Positions 49,361 through 58,290 of a stretch of 64,000 bases of DNA are shown piece by piece; position 1 is the first letter of the stretch; each line of letters starts with the position of its first letter. The stretch lies in NCBI GenBank assembly GCA_045561235.1, contig JBJKYB010000002.1:594962-658961 (forward strand). The letters are read 5' to 3'. The notes below the pieces were generated by a model. It saw only the letters and a list, made by a program, of their open reading frames with translations. It searched no databases and was not told the DNA's origin. A program made the position numbers and the translations under genes. This DNA is from Gammaproteobacteria bacterium. Lineage in GTDB: Bacteria; Pseudomonadota; Gammaproteobacteria; Poriferisulfidales; GCA-002705445.

Positions 49361-50284
49361 CTAAACTTTTGGTTGTTTGTCAGGGTGAAGATAAATAAAG
49401 CTTTTACCGAGTTTTCCATTGTAGTTGCCAGCAGAAATCATTAATAAATCATCGGTATCTTTTGATGCTGCAATTGCTGCTTGAGTTGCTGTTATTATAG
49501 ATTCCATATCCTTACCATTCATAATTATTTCCATTACAGAATTAACTCCTTCAGGTAAAGCGCCTTCTACACCAGGATTATCCTGAAGCAAAGGGCAAAA
49601 TTTTTCATATGTGCTAGCAATAGTAAAATCATAATCACTTCCAGCTTTAGAACCACTTCCAGCTATTCCGCCAGGAAATGTAGTAATAACATTTGGTATT
49701 GGTAAAATAGCTTCAACACCTTTTTCAGCGGCCTCTAATGCAGACTCTGTATTTTTCCCAAAATACCAGAGGTTTCCACCCATAAGACCATCTGAGTAAC
49801 CAAGTCTTCTGTCAATAACAAACTCGCCCCCTAATATAGGTATCCACCACATTTTTCTTCCATACCTTTCGATTCTTTTTTGATACTTATTCCCAAAAAA
49901 AGCAACTTTTTTTCCTAATTTGAAATATGATTCGCTATCTTCCATTAGGTTGAAGCACGATGCAGTAGGACATGTAAGTATATTTTGACTTATTCTTACT
50001 AGAGCAGCCTTTTCTAATTTTTTTGGATCTTTCCAAAATTTTGGAATATGCAATTGTATAATTGCTCCCGGTCTATTATCAGGTGTTGAAACACTTTCGT
50101 CGCCACCAGGACCAACGTATCTGTCTAAACCAGCTTCGCAGTCACATAATATACTGCTTGAAGCATTACCTGTCGCTGCGTTAATTGCATGGTCAAGCCA
50201 CTTTTTATTAATTGCTGTAATTAAAACCTCAGAATACATACTTTTAAAAGCTTCTGCATATGTATCATCTATAATTGCACTCAT
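49361..50284 (-). CDS. Ftr/FhcD-like formyltransferase (formylmethanofuran--tetrahydromethanopterin N-formyltransferase family homologue) with no neighbouring Fhc/H4MPT genes.
   Basis: 307 aa. Blocks that match my memory of archaeal Ftr: N-terminal IDDTYAEAF...VLITA, ITTFPGGIAGSGSKAGS, YEKFCP, ISAGNYNGKLGKSFIYLH (Ftr: ITSFPGGIVASGSKVG..., EKFC, ISAGNYGGKLGK.KFYLH). Recalled from memory, not searched. Confidence 0.6.
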   Translation of the reverse strand: MSAIIDDTYAEAFKSMYSEVLITAINKKWLDHAINAATGNASSSILCDCEAGLDRYVGPGGDESVSTPDNRPGAIIQLHIPKFWKDPKKLEKAALVRISQNILTCPTASCFNLMEDSESYFKLGKKVAFFGNKYQKRIERYGRKMWWIPILGGEFVIDRRLGYSDGLMGGNLWYFGKNTESALEAAEKGVEAILPIPNVITTFPGGIAGSGSKAGSDYDFTIASTYEKFCPLLQDNPGVEGALPEGVNSVMEIIMNGKDMESIITATQAAIAASKDTDDLLMISAGNYNGKLGKSFIYLHPDKQPKV

Positions 50285-50286
50285 GT

Positions 50287-50919
50287 TTAACCTCTTCCTT
50301 TTCCTTCATAAACATTTGATTCAGTGACTACTTTATCCATATATACATCATGAGGAGCAACTAAAATTTCGTCGAATAGTTGTGATTCATAACATAAGGC
50401 TATCAAAGAACAGTCCGGTCTTACTTGTTCCATTGTTCTATCATAATAACCCTGGCCATTTCCCATTCTCCCACCACTTCTATCAAAACCAGTACCTGGA
50501 ACCATTATCATGTCTAGTTCTTGAGGTGTGACTTCTTTATCTGGATTACCCCATAGCTCTTTTGGTGGTTCTAAAATATTCCATTTTCCTACCACCATCT
50601 CCTCTAAGCTAGACATATGCCACAGCCCAAGCTTATTTTCTCCGTTTTCATCTTCAGTACAGTACGGGACGATAATTTTCTTTTCGCCTTTCTCAACTTC
50701 TTTAATTAAATGTGGTTTTGTTCTTGTTTCAGATCTGCAGTCTATGTACCACATTATTACTTGCGCCTCTTTATATTCTTGAAGTGACATAAATCTTTCA
50801 CAAGCACTAGCGCTAACCTCATCTTTATTTTCTTGAGCGGCTCTTCTGTCATATGCTTCTCTTCGCATACCAGACTTTTTCTCCATAATTTTTTCTAATT
50901 CTTCTTTAGATATTGACAT
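50287..50919 (-). CDS. ygfA: 5-formyltetrahydrofolate cyclo-ligase (MTHFS; YgfA-like).
   Basis: 210 aa. C-terminal GxGxGYYDR signature (GNGQGYYDRT) and (M)(V)PG.GFD..G.R(M/L)G motif. First gene of the minus-strand C1 operon. Confidence 0.8.
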   Translation of the reverse strand: MSISKEELEKIMEKKSGMRREAYDRRAAQENKDEVSASACERFMSLQEYKEAQVIMWYIDCRSETRTKPHLIKEVEKGEKKIIVPYCTEDENGENKLGLWHMSSLEEMVVGKWNILEPPKELWGNPDKEVTPQELDMIMVPGTGFDRSGGRMGNGQGYYDRTMEQVRPDCSLIALCYESQLFDEILVAPHDVYMDKVVTESNVYEGKGRG

Positions 50920-51061
50920 CTTTTGTTCTCCTGGCTTAATCTTTTAATTCTGAATAAACATTTATTATTCTATAGTTTTAAGTAAACAGCTATCTATTTT
51001 TTATTTGATTTCAAAAATAATGTAGAAAAACCAAAAAAATTACTCATTCTAAGCAAATAAA

Positions 51062-51101
51062 ACACCTACTTTGCAATATATCTTTTATTATAAGTAGGTG
51101 T
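51062..51101. promoter_or_regulatory. 10-bp perfect inverted repeat ACACCTACTT-N20-AAGTAGGTGT in the divergent ygfA/cysG intergenic region. Candidate operator or RNA hairpin.
   Basis: Arms at 51062-51071 and 51092-51101 with an AT-only 20-nt spacer. Located about 145 nt upstream of ygfA and about 55 nt upstream of cysG. Confidence 0.4.
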
Positions 51102-51156
51102 AAAAATAATCTATCATAGTATATAAAATTTCTATGAAAGTGGGGGGGGATTAAAT

Positions 51157-52575
51157 ATGAATTATTTGCCATTATTTGTAGATACATCTGGCAAAAAATG
51201 TTTGGTCGTTGGCGGCGGTAACGTTGCCAGTAGAAAGTTAATTCCAATTCTCAAATCAGATATGGATGTTAATTTAGTTGCCCCAGAAATTAACGAAGAT
51301 ATCTGCGAATTAGCTGAAAATTATAAAAATCTCATTCTTGAGAAAAGAAAATTTGAAAAAAAAGATATTGATAATCAGTTTCTTGTTTTAGCAACTACGA
51401 ATGATACGAATATAAACTCTTTAATAGCAAAATTAGCTAAGGAAAAAAATATATTAGTTAATATGGCCGAAGACGCATTGACTGGAGATACTTTGATACC
51501 TTCTGTAGTAGACAGAAATCCAATAAAAATAGCCATATCTTCAGGTGCAGCATCACCAATTTTAACAAGATTAGTCAAAACAAAATTAGAAACTGTTATA
51601 CCTTATTCATTTAGCAAATTAGCTGAGGTGATGATGGATTATAGGAGTAAGGTTAAGGAACGTTTTATAAATATAAAAGACAGAAGAGCTTTTTGGGAAA
51701 TATTCCTAGATGGCCCTTTATCTGAAATGGTCTTATCGGGGCATTTGGATAAAGCAAAAAAAGCATTAGATAAATCCTTAGAAGAAAAAGTAGCTTTTCA
51801 GAGCCAAGGCGAAGTGTACCTTGTTGGAGCAGGTCCAGGAGATCCAGAATTATTAAGCTTTAAAGCACTTAGACTAATGCAGAGAGCGGATGTTGTTATT
51901 TATGACAGATTAGTTTCAGAACCTATTATGAATTTATTGCGCCAAGATGCTGAAAAAATATATGTAGGAAAACAAAGAGCTGATCATGCTATGCCTCAGG
52001 AAAATATTAATGAGCTTCTTGCTCGTCTAGCATTAGAAGGGAAAAAAGTATTAAGATTAAAAGGAGGAGACCCTTTTATCTTTGGAAGAGGTGGTGAGGA
52101 AATTGAAAGTTTAATAAATGACGATATACCATTTCAAATAGTCCCTGGAATAACTGCTGCATCAGGATGCGCAAGCTATGCTGGTATTCCATTAACCCAT
52201 AGAGATTATTCGCAAGCATGTATTTTTGTTACAGGACATTTAAGAGATGGAACTGTAAATCTAAATTGGGAGATGTTGGCTCACGAAAAGCAGACTTTAG
52301 TTTTTTATATGGGAATGCATGGTTCGAAAATTATATGCGAAGAATTAATAAAACATGGGTTAAAAAAAACCACGCCGGCAGCTCTTATTGTAAAAGGCAC
52401 AACGACTGATCAGGAGGTAATAATTGGAGACTTATCAAATATGCCAAAAATAATTCAAGAAAATAAAATTATTCCACCAACATTACTAATAATTGGAGAT
52501 GTGGTAAAACTTCATAACAAGTTAAAATGGTTTGATCCTTTTAAAATGCATGGTAAGAAAAATTTACTTTTTTAG
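51157..52575 (+). CDS. cysG: Siroheme synthase (precorrin-2 dehydrogenase / sirohydrochlorin ferrochelatase / uroporphyrinogen-III C-methyltransferase).
   Basis: 472 aa. N-terminal MNYLPLFVD...[12 protein letters not shown] (E. coli MDHLPIFCQL...CLIVGGGDVAERK) and C-terminal SUMT motifs (V)YLVGAGPGD, (L)[14 protein letters not shown]. Confidence 0.9.
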   Translation: MNYLPLFVDTSGKKCLVVGGGNVASRKLIPILKSDMDVNLVAPEINEDICELAENYKNLILEKRKFEKKDIDNQFLVLATTNDTNINSLIAKLAKEKNILVNMAEDALTGDTLIPSVVDRNPIKIAISSGAASPILTRLVKTKLETVIPYSFSKLAEVMMDYRSKVKERFINIKDRRAFWEIFLDGPLSEMVLSGHLDKAKKALDKSLEEKVAFQSQGEVYLVGAGPGDPELLSFKALRLMQRADVVIYDRLVSEPIMNLLRQDAEKIYVGKQRADHAMPQENINELLARLALEGKKVLRLKGGDPFIFGRGGEEIESLINDDIPFQIVPGITAASGCASYAGIPLTHRDYSQACIFVTGHLRDGTVNLNWEMLAHEKQTLVFYMGMHGSKIICEELIKHGLKKTTPAALIVKGTTTDQEVIIGDLSNMPKIIQENKIIPPTLLIIGDVVKLHNKLKWFDPFKMHGKKNLLF

Positions 52576-52895
52576 TTTTCTAATAACTTGTCAAGCTGTT
52601 TGCTAATATTATCTGCGTACTCTTTTTGTAAATTTTTCTTTCTAATTTCTCTTCTAGTAAAATTAAATTTAACTTTTTCTTTAATATCATCTTTATTTTG
52701 ACTTACCTTTATCATTTTTATGCAGTCGGTAGGACATTTTTTTATACATATTTTACAACCAGGGCATTCATTAAAATTTATTCTATGTGAGAAATTTTGC
52801 GCGCCAATAATTGCATCAAACGGACATACTTCTATACAAATTGCACACCCAATACAATTGTCTTCATTTATATATGCTACTTGCCTTTCAATCAT
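52572..52895 (-). CDS. Free-standing 2x[4Fe-4S] ferredoxin homologous to the C-terminal domain of RnfB. Translationally coupled to metG (ATGA overlap).
   Basis: 107 aa. [19 protein letters not shown] and [16 protein letters not shown] match the RnfB C-terminus (CIGCTKCIQACPVDAIVGA...C.GC.LC...CP(T).CI) as recalled. The RnfB N-terminal membrane anchor and Fe-S domain are absent. Confidence 0.7.
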   Translation of the reverse strand: MIERQVAYINEDNCIGCAICIEVCPFDAIIGAQNFSHRINFNECPGCKICIKKCPTDCIKMIKVSQNKDDIKEKVKFNFTRREIRKKNLQKEYADNISKQLDKLLEN

Positions 52896-54883
52896 TTTAC
52901 TTTAGAGCCGTTTTTTATATTTTCATTTAAATCTAACACAATAACTTCGCCATTTGAGTCGGCCGCAAGAACCATTCCAGAGGAAGTACCAAACTTCATT
53001 ACTTTAGGTTTTAAATTTTCAACAACCAAGGTCTTTTTGCCAATTAAGTCTTCGGTCTTATAGAATTTTTTTATACCTGAAAAAACTTCTTTGGTACCTA
53101 AGTCACCAAGATCTAAACTAAGCTTCAGGAGTTTATCAGCCCCCTCGACATTTTCAGCTTTTACAATTTCACCAACTATTAAATTTATCTTTGAAAAATC
53201 CTCATAATCAATTTCTGTATTCATTTTTTCTTCCTGTGGTTTCTTTTTCTCATCTTTATTCAATAATTCGTCTTTTAATTTTTGCACATCTTCTTTTTGA
53301 ATTCTATTTTTTAAAGCTTTAAATTTTTCAATTTTTTTATCGAGAAGAGGCGTATAGCTATCCTCCCATATTAAATCTTTTTCATTAAGCATACTTTCGC
53401 TGTGTTTTAAAAGATTTGGCATAACTGGGGACAATAAAATTACTAATGTTCTGTAATAATTTAACCCCTGTGTTGAAATTTTTTGAACATGATCTAAATC
53501 GTCAATGGACCATGGTTTTTTTTCGTTAATGTATTGATTGGCTTTGTCAGTCATACTCATTATTTTACTGATAGCATTACTAAACTTTCTGTGGGAATAA
53601 AATTCTTTTACTTCGTCAATATTATTAACAAAATCTTGAAATCTATCTTTATCTTCTAATACTTCTGATAACATTAGGTTAGAGTTTTTGTCTAAAAAAG
53701 CAGAGCATCTGCTAGCAAGATTAATCAGTTTTCCTATTAAATCACTATTAACTTTTTTAATTAAATCGTCAAAATTAAGATCAATATCTTCGATACTTTC
53801 ATTAAGCTTACTTGCAAAGTAGTATCTTAAAAACTCTGGGTCGAGATACTTTAGATAGTCAGACGCTTTAATAAATGTTCCTCTCGATTTTGACATCTTT
53901 TTTCCATCAACAGTTAAAAAACCATGACAAAAAATTCCATTTGGTGTTCTGTACCCAGAACCCTTTAAAATTGACGGCCAGAAGAGAGCATGGAAATATG
54001 CTATATCTTTTCCAATAAAATGATATATTTCTCCATCTTTTTCATCACTCCAAATATTCTCAAATTTATTATTTTTTTCTGAAAATTCTTTTAAAGCTGA
54101 AATATAACCAATTGGAGCATCCATCCAAACATAAAAATATTTATCTTTTTCTTTTGGGATTTTAAATCCAAAGTAGGGAGCGTCTCTTGTGATATCCCAG
54201 TCATTCAAATTATCATTCAGCCATTCATTTAATTTATTTTTGATTGCAGGCTGTAAATCGTTACATGTAGTCCATTCAGTTAAATAATCTTTGAAAGATT
54301 TTAGATTAAAAAAGTAATGATTTGTATCTTTTGTTTCTGGTTTTGTATTTGAAAGAATAGATAACGGATTTTTTAAATCTGTTGGTGCATATGTTGCGCC
54401 ACAATTTTCGCAGGAGTCGCCATATTGATCGTGTGCTCCACATTTAGGACATTCCCCTTTAATGTATCTATCTGGTAGAAATATTTTTTCTTTTTCATCA
54501 TAAAATTGAGATATCACTTTTTGAGAAATATAATTATTTTTTTGTAATTCAAGAAATATTTCTTTGCATAGTATTTCATTTCCTTTTGAGTTAGTTGAAG
54601 AGTAATGGTCAAAATCTACAAAAAAACTTTTAAAGTCTTTTTCGTGTTCTTTCTTGATTTTTGATATTAGATTTTCAGGTGATATACCCTGTTCTTTTGC
54701 TTTTAACATTATTGGAGTACCATGTGCATCATCTGCACAAATATACGCGACATCATGCCCAATGGACTTTTTAAATCTTACCCATATGTCAGTTTGTACA
54801 TACTCTACAAGGTGTCCCAAATGAATCGGACCGTTTGCGTAAGGTAAAGCGCTTGTTACCAATATTTTATTTTTTACTTCCAT
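52892..54883 (-). CDS. metG: Methionine--tRNA ligase with a C-terminal EMAP/Trbp111 tRNA-binding domain.
   Basis: 663 aa. HLGH ([12 protein letters not shown]), KMSKS, Zn-knuckle CP.CG...C..CG. Divergent from apbC as in E. coli. Confidence 0.95.
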   Translation of the reverse strand: MEVKNKILVTSALPYANGPIHLGHLVEYVQTDIWVRFKKSIGHDVAYICADDAHGTPIMLKAKEQGISPENLISKIKKEHEKDFKSFFVDFDHYSSTNSKGNEILCKEIFLELQKNNYISQKVISQFYDEKEKIFLPDRYIKGECPKCGAHDQYGDSCENCGATYAPTDLKNPLSILSNTKPETKDTNHYFFNLKSFKDYLTEWTTCNDLQPAIKNKLNEWLNDNLNDWDITRDAPYFGFKIPKEKDKYFYVWMDAPIGYISALKEFSEKNNKFENIWSDEKDGEIYHFIGKDIAYFHALFWPSILKGSGYRTPNGIFCHGFLTVDGKKMSKSRGTFIKASDYLKYLDPEFLRYYFASKLNESIEDIDLNFDDLIKKVNSDLIGKLINLASRCSAFLDKNSNLMLSEVLEDKDRFQDFVNNIDEVKEFYSHRKFSNAISKIMSMTDKANQYINEKKPWSIDDLDHVQKISTQGLNYYRTLVILLSPVMPNLLKHSESMLNEKDLIWEDSYTPLLDKKIEKFKALKNRIQKEDVQKLKDELLNKDEKKKPQEEKMNTEIDYEDFSKINLIVGEIVKAENVEGADKLLKLSLDLGDLGTKEVFSGIKKFYKTEDLIGKKTLVVENLKPKVMKFGTSSGMVLAADSNGEVIVLDLNENIKNGSKVK

Positions 54884-54965
54884 TATTTCTCCAAACTATT
54901 TTAACTAGTATATAATATTGTTAAAGTTAAGTATTGAAAGTATTTAAAAACAAAGGAGAAAAGTA

Positions 54966-56051
54966 ATGTCGTTGACTGAAAGTACAGTGAATGAATCACT
55001 AAAAAAATTGATTGATCCAAATACGGAAAAAAGTCTAATTGACACAAAATCAGTAGAATCAATAGATATAGTTGATGATAAGCCAAATTTAAAAATATGT
55101 TTGGGATACCCGGCAAAAAACTTTGCCGAAACATTAAATCATATGATTATTGATAGGTTATTATCTGATGGAATTACCTGTGGAACCGTAGAAATTACAT
55201 GGAAAATAGAAAGCCATTCTGTTCAAAAAAGTCTTCAACCAATGAAAAACATTAAAAATGTCATTGCAGTTGCATCAGGTAAGGGTGGTGTAGGTAAATC
55301 AACAACAGCTGTAAATATTGCTTTAGCTCTGGCTGGCGAAGGATCAAACGTAGGAATCTTAGATGCTGATATATATGGTCCAAGTATACCTAGAATGATG
55401 GGATTGTCTGGCCAACCAGACTCTCAAGATGGTAAGTCACTCGAACCAATGGAAAATCATGGCTTGCAAGCAATGTCTATAGGCTTTCTAATTGATGAAG
55501 AAACACCAATGATATGGAGAGGTCCAATGGTGACTCAGGCATTAGAACAGCTTTTGACTGATACTCAGTGGCGAGAGCTAGATTACCTAATTATAGATCT
55601 TCCTCCAGGTACAGGAGATGTTCAATTAACCTTGGCGCAAAAAATTCCAGTAAGCGGTTCAATTATTGTCACAACGCCCCAAAATATTGCTCTTTTAGAT
55701 GCTAGAAAAGGATTAAAAATGTTTGAAAAAGTTGAGGTTCCCGTTTTAGGGATTGTTGAAAATATGAGCTTACATATTTGTAGCCAATGTGGAAATGAAG
55801 AATCAATATTTGGAGAAGGTGGAGGAACCTCTTTAGCAGAGGAAAGTAAAGTTGATTTGTTAGGCCAGCTACCTCTTGATAAATCAATAAGAGAGCAAAC
55901 TGATACTGGTAAGCCAAGTGTTGTATTTGATCCTAGTAGTAGGATAGCAGAAATTTATTCAGAGATAGCGAGAAAAGCGGCTGGCAAACTTGCGGCTCAG
56001 TCCAAAGACTACAGTGCAAAATTCCCGAAAATTGTAATAGATAATAATTAA
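54966..56051 (+). CDS. apbC: Fe-S cluster carrier ATPase ApbC/Mrp.
   Basis: 361 aa. Deviant Walker A ([12 protein letters not shown]), CxxC (CSQC), N-terminal DUF59-like domain. Divergent from metG. Confidence 0.9.
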   Translation: MSLTESTVNESLKKLIDPNTEKSLIDTKSVESIDIVDDKPNLKICLGYPAKNFAETLNHMIIDRLLSDGITCGTVEITWKIESHSVQKSLQPMKNIKNVIAVASGKGGVGKSTTAVNIALALAGEGSNVGILDADIYGPSIPRMMGLSGQPDSQDGKSLEPMENHGLQAMSIGFLIDEETPMIWRGPMVTQALEQLLTDTQWRELDYLIIDLPPGTGDVQLTLAQKIPVSGSIIVTTPQNIALLDARKGLKMFEKVEVPVLGIVENMSLHICSQCGNEESIFGEGGGTSLAEESKVDLLGQLPLDKSIREQTDTGKPSVVFDPSSRIAEIYSEIARKAAGKLAAQSKDYSAKFPKIVIDNN

Positions 56052-56055
56052 GATT

Positions 56056-56619
56056 ATGACAATAAAGTCTGACTCATGGATTAAAAAGATGGCCAAAGAA
56101 GAAAATATGATTTCTCCTTTTGAAACTGATCAAATAAAGTCATTATCGGGAAGTAAAGTTATTTCTTATGGAACATCCAGTTATGGATACGATGTTAGAT
56201 GCTCAAGCATGTTTAAGGTGTTTACAAATATAAACTCAGCGGTTGTAGATCCTAAAAAATTTGATAAAAATAGCTTTGTAGATTTTCAGGGAGATACATG
56301 TATCATCCCTCCAAACTCTTTTGCTTTAGCATCTACGGTTGAATACTTTAAAATTCCAAGATCAGTGCTAACAATTTGTTTAGGAAAATCAACATACGCA
56401 AGATGTGGCATAATAGTTAATGTGACTCCTTTAGAACCTGAATGGGAAGGACATGTAACTTTAGAATTTTCAAATACCACCCCTTTGCCAGCAAAAATAT
56501 ATGCAAACGAAGGAGTAGCGCAAATGTTATTTTTTGAATCAGATGATATTTGCGAAATTTCATATAAAGATAGAGGTGGTAAATATCAAAAACAAACCGG
56601 GGTAACATTGCCAAAATAA
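56056..56619 (+). CDS. dcd: dCTP deaminase.
   Basis: 187 aa. dUTPase-like fold motifs (Y)GYD(V/L)R, catalytic (L)EF.N.(T/S). Follows apbC/metG as in the E. coli region. Confidence 0.9.
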   Translation: MTIKSDSWIKKMAKEENMISPFETDQIKSLSGSKVISYGTSSYGYDVRCSSMFKVFTNINSAVVDPKKFDKNSFVDFQGDTCIIPPNSFALASTVEYFKIPRSVLTICLGKSTYARCGIIVNVTPLEPEWEGHVTLEFSNTTPLPAKIYANEGVAQMLFFESDDICEISYKDRGGKYQKQTGVTLPK

Positions 56620-56620
56620 T

Positions 56621-56863
56621 ATGACACCAGATCTTTTGTATAAACAGTTTAAAAAATTAGTAATATTTTTAATAGGAATTTCTGTACTATTGATCGGGTG
56701 CGTTTTATTCTTTACACCTGGTCCTGCAATCGTTGTGATTCCTATTGGTTTAGGAATATTGGCTACCGAATTTATCTGGGCTAAAAAACTTTTAAAAAAA
56801 TTCAAAGAAAAAGTAGATTCATTTTCCGAATCAGCAAAGAATGTTAAAAAAAAATTATTTTAG
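56621..56863 (+). CDS. Small two-TM membrane protein (PGPGW-like motif).
   Basis: 80 aa. Hydrophobic (L)VIFLIGISVLLIGCVLFFTPGPAIVVIPIGLGILATEF segment with a lysine-rich tail. Starts 2 nt after dcd. Confidence 0.5.
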   Translation: MTPDLLYKQFKKLVIFLIGISVLLIGCVLFFTPGPAIVVIPIGLGILATEFIWAKKLLKKFKEKVDSFSESAKNVKKKLF

Positions 56864-56867
56864 TATT

Positions 56868-58214
56868 TTATAATAGAAAAATAGTTCCTAATGTTAAAAA
56901 CGAAAAAAATCCTATAACATCAGTTATTGTTGTAAGAATAACCCCGCCACCAAGTGCTGGATCAACTCCCAGTTTTTTAAGTACAATTGGAATAAGAACG
57001 CCTGACAATGCTGCAAATGCAAGATTTGCAACCATCGCAACTCCTATTACTACGCCTATTAGATAATTATTAAACCAGTAAGATGATAGCACGCCAATTA
57101 CACTTGCCCACAACAAACTGTTAAGAAGGCCAACAGAAACCTCTTTTATTAATAAAGATTTTGAATTAGCTGAACTTATATTTCCTAATGCAATGCCCCT
57201 AATAACTAATGTTAAAGTTTGGGATCCTGCAATGCCACCCATGCTTGCAACAATTGGCATAAGAACAGCTAAAGCTACAACTTTTTCAATCGTGTCTTGA
57301 AATAAACTAATTACTCCAGAAGCTATTAATGCTGTAATCAAGTTTAATCCTAGCCATATGGCACGTCTTCTTGTGGATGATAATATGGGCGCAAACAAAT
57401 CCTCTTCATCAGTTAAGCCTGCCATATTCAAAACAGTATGTTCACTTTCCTCACGAATTACATCTACAACATCATCAATTGTAATTCTTCCAAGTAATAT
57501 ATTATTTTTGTCTACTACAGGTGCAGATACTAGATCTCTATCTTCAAATATATTTACTACATCGCCTGCTAGGGCATCAGCAGCAATAGAAATATAATTT
57601 TTATTCATTGATTCTGAAACAGTTTTTTCAGTATCAGTACAAACAAGTGTTGTCATTGGCAACGTTCCAAGATAATGATTATATCTATCGACAACAATAA
57701 TATTATCTGTATTCTGTGGAATTACTTTTCTAAGTCTTAAATACTTTAAAACCACATCTAGTGTGACATCAGGTCTAATTGTAATTGTATCGATATTCAT
57801 TAGTCCGCCAGCAGTATCTTCATCATAATTCATTACTGCTTCTAAACGTGTTCTGTACTGATAATCCATTCCTTGAAGGGCTTCTTTTACAACTGTATCT
57901 GGTAATTCGTCCAGAAGATCAGCTAAATCGTCAACATCTAATCCTTTGGTTGCAGCTAATAAAGAGCTGTCATCCATTGATTCCATTAAATTATTTCGAA
58001 CTTCTTCACCAACTTCAAGAAGCACTTCCCCATCATTTGAATGATCTAACATTTCCCAAATTAATCTTCTTTGCCTACTAGGAGAACTTTCTAACAATCT
58101 TGCGATTTCAGCAGGATGCAGGCCATTCAAAATTAACTTTGCTTTGAGCATTGCTCCAGAATTAAGAGATTCAATAATGGCATCAAGTTTTATAGTTTTA
58201 ATTTCTTTAGACAT
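56868..58214 (-). CDS. mgtE: Magnesium transporter MgtE.
   Basis: 448 aa. MgtE N-domain, tandem CBS domains and a C-terminal 5-TM domain. Conserved TM region with (G)(V/I)(L/V)(L/I)P(I)(V)(A/L)(S)(M)GG.(A/S)G.Q. Confidence 0.9.
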   Translation of the reverse strand: MSKEIKTIKLDAIIESLNSGAMLKAKLILNGLHPAEIARLLESSPSRQRRLIWEMLDHSNDGEVLLEVGEEVRNNLMESMDDSSLLAATKGLDVDDLADLLDELPDTVVKEALQGMDYQYRTRLEAVMNYDEDTAGGLMNIDTITIRPDVTLDVVLKYLRLRKVIPQNTDNIIVVDRYNHYLGTLPMTTLVCTDTEKTVSESMNKNYISIAADALAGDVVNIFEDRDLVSAPVVDKNNILLGRITIDDVVDVIREESEHTVLNMAGLTDEEDLFAPILSSTRRRAIWLGLNLITALIASGVISLFQDTIEKVVALAVLMPIVASMGGIAGSQTLTLVIRGIALGNISSANSKSLLIKEVSVGLLNSLLWASVIGVLSSYWFNNYLIGVVIGVAMVANLAFAALSGVLIPIVLKKLGVDPALGGGVILTTITDVIGFFSFLTLGTIFLL

Positions 58215-58290
58215 AGCAAGTATTTAATTTAGTTATTTATCTTACTTTATTATATATAGAAAATTATATTAAATATAAAAAAATTTATTA

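Noticed and set aside
43049-50919. Higher-GC block interpreted as a recently acquired genomic island
   Set aside because: Third codon positions in sga/folD are still predominantly A/T, and the internal 133-bp intergenic spacer (48332-48464) is as AT-rich as the host. The GC rise tracks the Gly/Ala/Pro-rich composition of conserved enzymes. No integrase, tRNA or direct repeats flank it.
51044-51247. 67-aa minus-strand ORF spanning the ygfA/cysG intergenic region and the cysG start
   Set aside because: It overlaps the cysG N-terminus, which is strongly conserved with E. coli CysG, and crosses the palindrome and G8 tract. More likely noncoding regulatory DNA.
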